Program-made: the position numbers and the translations under genes
The notes under the pieces: generated by a model
Told to the model about the DNA's origin: nothing
Database searches by the model: none
The model's input: only the letters and a program-made list of their open reading frames with translations
In this document: positions 52,844 through 64,000 of the stretch, one piece after another
Numbering within the stretch: the first letter of the stretch is position 1
How the letters are laid out: every line of letters begins with the position of its first letter
Assembly (NCBI GenBank): GCA_964057225.1
Contig: OZ059897.1
Coordinates: forward strand, 8,804,001 to 8,868,000
DNA length: 64,000 nucleotides
Source: Auanema rhodensis
Taxonomy: Eukaryota > Animalia > Nematoda
Direction of reading: 5' to 3'

Positions 52844-54995
52844 CGGCTTCACGTTCATACAAGCCGTCGCATTGCCGTCAGAGTATCAGAGCTAAGAGGG
52901 GAGATGTAGGATAGAACTTCAACAAGAGAGAGAAGAACGAGATAGAGAGAGAGACCGGGAAGGAGAATGTGTAGGAGTGAGAAAGAGACGGAGAAAATAT
53001 TTTTTGCCCTAATAGTAACATGCTTAAGAAGCTGAAAAGGTGCACTTTGGAAGCTTTACCTATGTCAGAGTGATTCCTAGAACAAGAATCACTGATATCA
53101 CTTCACCATTACTACTATATCATATAATTATAAGAAATTTGATGCAAAACACAAATCTAGAACGTAAATTGAAATAAAAAGTATCAAAAAGCATAGGTAG
53201 ATGGATACAAACATATACACACATATGCACGTTCAAAATTCTGATGTCATGATATAGGCGTGAGATGTTTGAAATAATAGTAAGCAAGAGAGAGCGAGAG
53301 AGTAAGATATAGAGAGAGAGAGAGAGAGAGAGAACAGAGGTAAAGAGAGAGAGAAATAAAAAGAGTATTCGAAGTAGGTATAGAGTAGAGAATATTGAAT
53401 GTTTGCGTGAATGTAGATTATCTCCTCTTTTCACAATTTTTTTTGTTTCAAAAAAAAAACAAATCAAAAATCGAGAACACAAACACTTTCAAATGAGCAC
53501 AATATGAACAATAATGTATGTGAACACAGGTGAAGATGAGAATACATTGAGTATATGATATGGCAAAATAAACGTCATTCGGGTGTTTGGTAAAATATTT
53601 TGTTAAGTAATCTGAAAGGTTTTTCAAATAGTTTTGATTAAGTATATGAATAGTAGATATACAATATTGGGCTAAAAACCGTTTTACACTGATCAAAATA
53701 GGTAAATTCAGACGAATAATGGTTATGAAACAACGATTATCCGTTCTTAACCCCTATGCTGAAGGGAGGATGTTGAATAGAAAGAACTTGGATGACAGGA
53801 GAGACGGGTGGGGCTGAATATGTAACCGAGATCATAATATCATCTGATTATTGAAGCTGTTTCACTATAATTATCATCTCCAATAAAGATATATGTGTTT
53901 TTGGAGTATAAAGTTATCATTGGAATTGTCTTCTGGAAATGAACAGCATTGCTTCATCTGTGACGAGATGACAAAGAATATTTCGTCGGATAAAGACTAA
54001 GATGAGAGAGAATCCCCACTTTTCAAGCCAAATTAGGGCCATCATCAACCAGAAGTCGTCACGTCAATGATAGACAGGCATGGAATACGAGATGAGCGCC
54101 TTATGTTGTGGCTAGAAGTAGATGAAGAATGATGAAGATGACGACGGCGCATTTAAGAAGATGGGCGATGATATTGACAATCCCGTTCAGCATCATCAAC
54201 GTTCACGTCAGCTTGAACGGATCAGACGGCAAACGAGGACATCCAAAGGAACGCTAAACCGTGCGTGAGATATACAGATATGTATAATATGAATAAACAA
54301 TAAGTGAATAAGAGATTTCAAGAGATTTAAAAAATTGAAAGAAAACTGCTTGGAGCAAAGCAAGCTTTAAGATCAGCCCACGACGAGCAAAGTAGGCGGG
54401 CCATTAAGAATGAGAGTACGACGATGGTACATGATGAAATAGATGTAGATATTGTTAGAGAACAAGAGAATACAAAACAAAAAAAAGCCGAAAGATTGAA
54501 AAAGGAAATAGAAGGAAAGAAGGAAAATACGACAGACTCAGGTAGTATGTTTAGATCGGCTCATACAGAGACGAAAGACATGTCCACAAACAAACTAGGC
54601 GCATGACCACATCGAGCTCATAGCGAAGAAATAGCAAAGGGATTGTGAGGTTAAGAAGGAGAAGAGAAAGTTGGAGATTGAAAGAGAAATTTGTTGAAGA
54701 CAAGATTGGAAACTGCTCATGCATCTAGTCAGACTATCTATATATGTTATGTATATGATAGTCGTATATGTGGACAAATGCTGTTATCCATTGAAATATA
54801 CTTTCCAGAAAGAAAAAAGGACGTCTAACTTCCTCATTTTTCAAATGCAAATGTAATTTATGCGAATAATTAATTCAAAAAATTGGTAGAACAGTAGTCG
54901 TTTTGGTGGCGAATGATAGACGGGAATGACTGCATGAAATGAGATCTATGCTTAACTATTGAAGGGTAATAGTATTTATAATTTTTAAAATTAAA

Positions 54996-54998
<3 letters not shown>

Positions 54999-55078
<80 letters not shown>
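54999..55078. repeat. (AT)n microsatellite, ~40 units
   Basis: Read directly from the sequence. Confidence 0.95.
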
Positions 55079-55083
<5 letters not shown>

Positions 55084-55250
55084 TTTAGAAATACTATAGA
55101 TTTATATATGCATCTTAAGTTAAGATTAGAAGAAAAAACTTCTCGAAGCGGACAATATGAAATCTACAGTTTAGGCTATTAGACAGGTTTTTTTGCCTCC
55201 ATTTTGACAAAAAAAATGAACAAAGATTATGGATTTTACAAATAACTTAC

Positions 55251-55295
55251 TTCATACAGCTTCATTTCTTTTGAATTAATACAGAGAACAGCCAT
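55251..55295 (-). CDS. Candidate alternative first coding exon of the Rab11-FIP gene (MAVLCINSKEMKLYE)
   Basis: ATG at 55295, 15 codons, then a strong GAA|gtaagt donor in phase 0, compatible with the 51607 exon. An in-frame stop lies ~100 nt upstream. Possible acceptor ttttcaattcag near 55888. Confidence 0.45.
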
Positions 55296-58200
55296 ATATG
55301 GGACATGTAAAAGAAGAGACTGATGTCGTCGGCTTCTCCCAGATGATGAAAAGAAAAACTGGAAACATGGAAGCTGACTGTCTTTTCCCCTCTATATTCT
55401 TTTTCCTCTCTCTATCGTTGTCGCTATATTCATCTTGTAACACTGTTCTCTCTTCTTCTACCTTCCACAGTCTTAGTCTGATGACAAAACAGCGATGAAC
55501 ATGAAGAAGTAGATGAAGAAGAAGAAGAAGAAAAAGAAAGACGACGAAGACCGACAGCGAAAACGATAATGATGAATACCGGAGAAACCGGAATCGGAAT
55601 TCAATATGCCGTGCATTCATCGTCAGGCGATTCTCTGTGTTGAATATCCCTCAAGACATCTTCCTTGCGTATGTTATTCCTTTCTTCCTCGCTTTTTCGT
55701 TTGCCTTTTCTAACGTTCTTGAGTTTAGGTCTCTTCTTCGACAAGAAGTGAGTGAAGCAAAGAGAACGATGACAAATTCAAAAAACGACTGTCCGAGTAT
55801 CACAAGAGAGCATTTAAGGAAATTTTTTTTTAAAAGGTCTACATGTTTGTTCAAAACATACATGAGCATGTACAAAGAAAGGAAGAGCTGAATTGAAAAC
55901 ATTTCTCAAACAGAATTGGTGAGCAACTGGGCAATCACATTAGATCATCATCCTTTCCTCATGTTTTTATTCATTCATATCCAAAATATGAGACTTTTAT
56001 CTTTAACATCAAGTCGATTATTTTGATGAAAAAGAAAGATGAATAACACAGATGTTTAGATGAATAATATTCCAAAAACAAGAGATTGAAAGGAAACATT
56101 TTCAGTTTCTCTATCAAGGTATGAGATAACAAAAACGAAAGTAATTGACCAAAAACGTCTCTTGTCTGTTGTATTCATATTTCCGTAATAGCCGTTAAGA
56201 AACAGAAGTATATTTACAGATTCAAGTAAATTATATGTAATTGTTTATGATATACGGCTTTTCTATTTATCAAATATCATATAAATATAGTATTTACGTC
56301 ATTGTTGAGTTAAAGAATAGATCTAACTGATCCCGAAAATCAACAAAAATGCTGTTCTATAAGAAGAAATAGTGAATGATGCTATGATTGCGTGGGATGT
56401 TAAGATGGTGAAAATGGTAATGATGAAAAGAAAATTGATAAAAGCTTTTAAGATTATAGCTTATATGTTATGTATAAGCTTATACAGAGAAAATAGATCT
56501 ATACGATCATATTGATGAATGAAAGCTCAATAAGACTAATGAGAGATAAAAAAAAATGAAAATCATGTATGAAAGACCTCTGTTTGTAACGTATAGAGAT
56601 GTTATGTGTACTAAAGCTCAATTCAATGCTTATATGAACTATTAATAGATCAGATATGTAAAGGAAGAAGAGAAACTGAAAGAGAGAAAAAAAGAAAATA
56701 GAGGATATATATATATAGAGAGAGAAAGAGAAAAGAATTGAAAAGATGAACAAATATGGAAAAAAATATGATAAATAGAGAGAAAAATGGAAGAATAAGA
56801 TGAAAATATGATATTCATAGAAAGAAAACTTAAGATAAATGATTAAATGAAATGAAGAATATCATCTAAGTAGGCAACATTGGCTCATATATGCGTGAGA
56901 AATCAAAGTTTTTAATCTGGTATTAGGCGCAAGAGTTTTATTGCTGGAAATTTAGAAGAAGCTCAAAGAATATGCTACTTCTTACTTTCTTGAAGACGTA
57001 ATGATGCTATTGCAGCATAATGTAAATGTAAAAAAATTGATTATTATAAATAACTATATGAGAATGGTTAAGGGTTTCGTAAAAAAAGGTTGAAACATGA
57101 GGTTATGTCAGCAATAAAACTTTCGTATTAACATGAAAACAACAGAAGGTATGTGTATGAAGTGAATAAAACCATCAGAAAAGCAACAACTTATACTCAT
57201 TGAGTGACTCATATTGTATATACAACAAACAGAACATCATAGACTTGACAGGTATTGACTGAACACGCGGTTCACGTCACTTCATTTACCTCGTCACGTA
57301 AAACTGGATAGCATAGTAATATATGCTAATAGTTTAATTAACATATATGAAATATATACTATAATAATTAGAATTGAGAGCTAAATAACGAGAAAGAATG
57401 AAATTTGTTGAAAAGCAAATATCTTCAACATATGATCAACAGCATAAACTTGATCTTGAAGGTAAAATAATATTTAGATAAATAAAAAATAAATAAAATA
57501 CATGGAAAATATATTTTTTTTTTTTTTTGGTTGTGGAAATGCATATGCTGGTGGTGTCCAGTTTTGCTTATATTACGTGGGCAATGATTAGAAGAAATAA
57601 TATGCGAAATAGTGAATAAAGGAAAGAGAGATGGAACAAATCAGACGAAAAAACAGAGAAACGTCATGAGCTAAAGAATAAACAAAATCAAATTTATAGA
57701 AGAATAAGAGAAGAGAAGACATGATGTGTAATTAGCGTCAAATGATTATTGAAAATCAAATTTAAAATATTTCACATGTATAGAATAATATACTTAACTT
57801 TAAGAAATAATAAAGAAGTATATGTAGTTTAAGATACATAGTAGTTCAAACAGATTATGCGAGATGGTGTAATGGAGAAAATTGATTGAAAGACAAATTA
57901 AGGAAGAATGAGAACGAAGGTATGATGTTTGCGTGTGTGTGTGTGTGTGTGTGTGAGCGTGATTGGACATTTGGATTGGCCTAATTATGCTTTGTACAGG
58001 CGGTAAAATCAACTCAGAATAACCGAGTTTTGGCTTGAGATCACTCATGTACGGAAAACGAAAATGGAAGTAAAAGGAGTTTTCAACGTTTAGTTACGGT
58101 ACAAAAAAGTATTTGTAGGCCAGCAGCTTTTCCAGTTTTATTCAATTTGAGGCTAGTACATACAATAGTAGAATAGGAAACACAGAAGGACAGAAGAGGA

Positions 58201-60567
58201 AAAAGAATACTAAAGAGAAGAAGAGAGTGAGAGAAATGAGATAGAGTGAGAGAGGGAGAGAGAGAGAGAGAGAGATGAGTGGTGGAGAAAGAAATTATGA
58301 GAGAGGAAGATATAGAGAGAAGCGACATGATGTTCAACGATGTTTGCTTGACCATACATGGGACTGGCATACGGCTAGGTGAGCTGAATGTCTGAGTAAA
58401 CGTTCAAGTTTGAACATAGGCAGAAGAAGAGAAGAGCAGAAGAGATGTATTTGCTCGTGCATACATTCTTGGCTATAAAACCTTGAAAAGAAAGGCAGAA
58501 CGAGCAGACAGTTTTGCATTTGTTTGTAACATGATGAAGCGAACGACAACCAAAACGGTAAATACTATTAAAGAGAAGAGGAACAGACAAAGACAGAGAG
58601 AGATAGAGAAAGAGCATTAAACTGATGCTTAGAACAGGAAAGGTGAAAAATGCGCTAAAGACATCAGAATATATTCACGATGAGCAGACGAAGCTGAGAA
58701 CCAATGAGCAAGAGGGAACACTGGGTAACATGGACACAATACACCTCATACTGATTGAAGTATTCAATATTGATGATGCACGTCATCATCATCATCAACA
58801 CCTATGAACGAACTGGATTCCAATAGATGTGACGAATCGTTGTCAAGCTTTTGCCTGACCATCGAACATCTGAGGAGAGGCTCTTCAGAATTCTTGACCG
58901 AAACGTCTTTCCATCCAAGCTGAGTGTCCAATAGAGATCATTGAATAGGAAAAGAAATGGGTATGCCGGATTCTAGCTGTCAGAATATTCTTACAGAAGT
59001 TATCAGCTGTGAAAAGTACATCAAGGAAATGAAATACAGGGAAAGAGAAGCTGAAGCAAAACTAGAGGATCAAAACGTTAAAGCAGAAGCAGAAGCAGAA
59101 GCAGAAGCAGGAGATCTATATGTGAATTACGCTGTATTATTAGTATTATTGGTGTAACTCTCTAAAACTAAAAAAAGGAGGCTAGATAAATATAATATCT
59201 ACGCGAATCGTAATGAGGTTAAAGACTATCCAATGAGGAGGATAACAAAACAGAAAATAATATTCAGCAGCTAAGTCAATTAGGAGCAATTCTCAATACA
59301 AATAACTTTGGGTTTTTTTTCCAAAGTTTTTGACTCAAAGTAGAAGAAGTGATGAGTTAATTATAGTTTAACTTGTCATGTTAAAATGTTTGGATATAGT
59401 CGACAAATCTGATCATCTTGGACTGAATTATGTGGTCGACGAAAGATTTGACGAATGGCTGAGGAACCGAAAATCTTCTGGAGTGAATCACCCATGAGAT
59501 CAGTCGAGGAACGAACCAGATGAAGTACCGGAAGGAAAAAAGTGAACAGAAAGATTTCTATCGTGTACAAAAATGGAAAAAAGCCAATTGAATTTGAAAA
59601 ATGGAGAGACGGAAGGAAAGTAGACGGAAAAGGCCGATACAAGCCTATTAAGAAAGAATCGAGAAGAGATCGAGGGATGAGAATGGTCAAGTACTGTGCA
59701 CAGAGACGATTCTTGGAAGTTTGTACACTTGTTTCGGGGCTGTACCGCTCCTGAAGAGCGAAAATAGCTGCTGCTGCTGCTTCCTTTTCCTGTTAAAACC
59801 GGAGTTGTCGAGAAGAGCAACATCGTGTACAAAACGGATCATTAAAGGAAAGAGCATTTGTCCTTTTTTTTGAATATTGTTGTTGTACATTTAATGAATG
59901 TCAAATAGTCCGCAACATTTAAAAGAAGGCGAATTAGCCGTAACAGATGACCAAAATGAATAAGACGAAGACGACGGCGACGACATCGAGGACGACAAGG
60001 AGGAGAACATTGATTCATAGTACAAGAAGATAATCCATGAAAAAGTGATGAAATTCGCAAATTGTTGGAGAAGAACTGCGATTTACGGAAGAAAAACGCT
60101 AAACACTAATGCTAATACTGCAAAGTATAATGAAAAATAAGTAATTGAATCTGAAGAAGAAGAAGAAGAAGAAGAAGGAGAAGAAAGTCCTAATTCAGGT
60201 GACACGATGACACAGAAGATTGATGAATGAGCGAACGTATGATCTTTGATGATTCATTGAGCTTTTACTCAAAGTTCAATAGATGAACAAGCTTGTCTAA
60301 CACTGTTATTCAAGAGATATATCTTGAGTAGATACTTGAAATCGTTATACGATAGTATAATGTAAGATTCAACGCGTTAATGAATAAACGAATGAGCAAG
60401 AAACAGATAAAAAAATTACTGACAGTTCACTTGGACCGTACGTAGTGTTATTAGAGAGGCTGAGGTATCTTTCATCAAAAATTATAACTAGTTACGAATC
60501 ATGTCTGATTCAATCTCAGGAGTGGGTGATGAGTGAAGTACTATGAGAGTTGGAACAAATTGAAAGC

Positions 60568-60649
<82 letters not shown>

Positions 60650-60652
60650 TAT

Positions 60653-60695
<43 letters not shown>

Positions 60696-63054
60696 GAGAG
60701 AGAGAAAGGATTTTCAATTACCTAAAAACAGATTTTGGTCAATGGACAGGTAGAGATTTAAGTAGATTTGATGTTTTATTTCATATAAAATTCATCTGAC
60801 GCCCATGCACTGCACTAAGCAGTTGATTAAACTGGATATGCAAAAGGTATCTCTATTGAATTTGTATCATGAGAGAAGATTAGATTTTTGATCAAAATCC
60901 TCATTTATATTCTCTGTCTGTTATAAAAGGTAAAACAGTAATAGTTAGTAGTAATATTGAAAGAAGAAAACAATAGATGAGATATGAGAGAATCAAATCG
61001 TAAATAGAAAAATGAACCAACATGTGGGGGAAGTGGATGTGTGGAAGGGGAAAGGGAGGGAAGCGAGGCTCATTTAGATTAGACACCTACACATATACAC
61101 ATAAGCATAGAAAGAATAAATGACAAAAAATCAGTCAAATGAAATGAAAATAGGAAAATGGACAGAAGAGAGAAAAGGAAAGAGTTATGAAGAGAAATAA
61201 CGAGAACGCGTGAGAGAATGAGAGCCAGTGAACGATGGTATTCATGAATGGCTGAAACAGCAAAAGCGATATCCAACTGTGATAAATGGCCAGATAAATG
61301 TTAAGAAAAAGCGTCTGAATATATAATTAAATGGTAGTACAAGGAAACGATGTAACGATTTTTCTAAAAAAAAAGGAGAAAAAGAACATTATGAAATGAG
61401 AATAAGATACTGTAAACATGATATGTACGTACATATTTACATACATACATGTGTACTTGATGAGAGACTAGGACAATTTAACGAGACTTCTTTTCAATGT
61501 TATTCAGAAATTGTATTGGATAGGACAAAAATATAAAAAAATATCAGAAAAGTACGTAATAAATAGTGAAAAAGGAAGCGAATTTGCCTTTTCTGTTCAA
61601 GAATATACGTTGAATGTATATACAAGACTGTCACTGTATAGGCATAGTATGAGAAGAGAGAAAGAAGGCGTGTATCTGTCTGGGTTGTAGATGTATGTAG
61701 GTGTAGAAGATGCAGGAAAAGTGTCTGGGTAGGTTAAGTGCTTTTGCAAGTAATTGTAAGCAATGTGACTACATTGACAGACAGTGCTAGCAGAGAGAAA
61801 GAAAGAGAGAGAGAAAGAGAAAAAGAGAGGGGCAGGAATAAATAGCGTAGAGAATTACCGGAGAACTAGAAAAAAGTACTTCGAAGGAACAATGTCTCTA
61901 GTACTACTGGTAATGATGATGAGGATAGTTCATCTGAATAATTCTAATTCGGCGAGAAAAGTGAAGAAAAACTATTCCTAGATCCTTACGTTGAAGAAAG
62001 TCATACAATGCTTTATGAAAATTCATAAAAAAAGGATTAGAGAAACCATTAGGAAATCATTTTCTTTGATCATCATGTCGAATTCGTTGTTAAATGCAAT
62101 TGTCAAAATGACTTGCGATGTCAAATTTCCAGGTGAAAATGGACGCGGAAATTCGAAAGAAATTGGGAACAAAGAAAAATATTTAAAAAGTTAAATCATT
62201 AAATGATTAAAAAGAAAAACTCATTAGAGAATAGATTATAAATTGAAAATAAAATTTGAAAAAATTAAAACTAAAAGAAAGAAGAAGAAGAATAAGAAAC
62301 TCACGTCGCCAGCGACTGACTCAAAGATGTCTGTCATGTTTTAAACCTCCAATTCAATTCTATTACAGATGAAGAGAGAGAAAGAGAGAGAGAGCTACTG
62401 TCGTTGTTTCAGGATTACGATATCTGGGGCATAAAGATTCAAATTTCCAATTCTGTAAATTTAACTTTTCAATAAGACTATCGGCAAGAGGATGAAAAGA
62501 TATAAACGACGAAAATTACTATAATTATATACATAAATAATACAAATTAAAGTTTAAGTTGTTGAAAGTAAAAATATTCAAATAATAATATAAAAAATAT
62601 AAATTATTATTATTATTGTTTATACAACCATTCAATAACAATATTTTTGAAATAAATGAATTCTTGGAAAATGCGTGAAAACGTGAGCAATGTAGATGTA
62701 TGCACGTGAAAACGTGTAATATTCAAAATAATAAAGTGAAAATGACATTTGAAAAATCCATATTCGCATTAAAATATATTAAAAGAAGATTATTGAATTA
62801 TAAATATATAAATTATGATAAAATAATAATATAAATGATATATCTGAGTCATCATGTTTCAACACCTACATACATATATATATCAATAAAATATATTAAT
62901 TAGATACAAAAAAATAATGAATAAGTAAAATAATATTTGAAATGAATGATGTAATTTAATTAATTGATTAAAGATAAGATAATATAATATACAATATTTT
63001 GAATGTTTTATAAATAAAATTGAAAAACATTAGTAACAATTTTTATAAACATAT

Positions 63055-63116
<62 letters not shown>
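60568..63116 (+). repeat. (GA)n microsatellites (approx. 60568-60704 and 63057-63116)
   Basis: Read directly from the sequence; these generate the spurious RERE ORFs. Confidence 0.95.
62305..62337 (-). CDS. Candidate distal first coding exon of the Rab11-FIP gene (MTDIFESVAGD)
   Basis: aaaacATG at 62337, 11 codons, then a GAC|gtgagt donor in phase 0, compatible with the 51607 exon. Upstream acceptor atttacag near 62453. Confidence 0.5.
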
Positions 63117-63121
<5 letters not shown>

Positions 63122-64000
63122 TAGAATGAAAGACAGTTTTATATAAAGGAATAATCAAAAAAAGGCCGTCAAATTAGTGAATGATAAAATAGAATGAAAC
63201 TAAAATGTCCTTTTATGTAAAAAAATCAATAATGAAAAAATAAAAAAATATTGGTATATAATAATAGTTATAAAATTCTAATCATATAAATAGTTAGAAA
63301 AGGAGGAAAAAAAAAGAAAAAAAAAGATTCCATTCAAGCATATATAATCAATAATATGATAAGCACATATACGTATGTATTTGAGCATTAAAAAGTGAAA
63401 AAAAATGAGAAAAGTATGACAAAGATCAGGAAAAAATATAAAATATCTATAGGTATAAGGGGTAGAGGGGGGGGGAGAGGAGAAAGCTATGATGACTATG
63501 ATGATTATGATGATGATGAACAACAATACCGGCAAATGTATAAGGAACTATAATCATCGTATATGAACTGAACACATTTCTGAAGTGAATCAGACGAAGG
63601 ACGATGTTAAATTTTTATTGTTTTTTTTTACTCACACGATCATCTGTATTGGAACAAGCTAGAAGGCCATACAAGCCATCCTTTTTATTCTCTCTCTCTC
63701 TCGCTCTCCCTTTCTCTCTTTCTCTTTCTCTCTCTCTCTCTCTTTCTCTCTACTACCTGTGTTTATAATTTATGAAAACATTTCTACGAAATCAATAAAT
63801 TCTCTTCTACATCTGTTGCGCGTCAGATGAAGCTTGGCTGTCGTTGTGATGCTGTCTGGCTGTGGCTTGACGGACAACGACAAGGCAAGTGAGGTAGAAT
63901 AAAGCCTTAGAAGGTAAGCAATAGAATATTAAATGACAAAAATCTAAATAGATTAACATAGGGGATTACTTGAAGAATCGGAAGTCGGCTTGGTCAATGA

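Noticed and set aside
1-64000. tRNA, rRNA, known miRNAs, transposase or reverse-transcriptase ORFs
   Set aside because: None recognised by eye. tRNAscan/Infernal and repeat-library searches were not possible, so small elements cannot be excluded.

Overview
AT-rich eukaryotic genomic DNA with the hallmarks of a rhabditid (Caenorhabditis-like) nematode: ~45-60 nt introns, TTTCAG/TTTTAG acceptors, probable trans-splice acceptors a few nt before start codons, and many (CT/GA)n microsatellites. The ORF track is largely misleading because the genes are spliced, so I rebuilt four genes by hand. (1) + strand, 7093-7831: a 194-aa CYTH/CyaB-like protein whose metal-binding glutamates appear lost. (2) - strand, 12104-8842: a CEP104-like protein (jelly-roll, coiled coil, TOG) apparently lacking the C-terminal zinc fingers. 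(3) - strand, 38846-13708: a giant secreted protein of ~3,900-4,000 aa with a signal peptide, 5 PAN/apple-like domains, a ~2,750-aa Ser/Thr/Ala/Glu mucin region with ~70 acidic Ser-Gly (EGSG) sites in one 8.27-kb exon, and 3 more PAN-like domains (srap-1-like). (4) - strand, 51607-48695 plus candidate upstream first exons: a Rab11-FIP3/4/Nuf-like protein. The top observations are a candidate UGA-CGG stop-codon readthrough extension on the Rab11-FIP, the hidden giant chondroitin-proteoglycan-like exon with hierarchical repeats, the CYTH pseudo-enzyme, a perfect intronic hairpin in the CEP104-like gene and several shared cis-elements. All family assignments rest on motif recognition from memory, not database searches.
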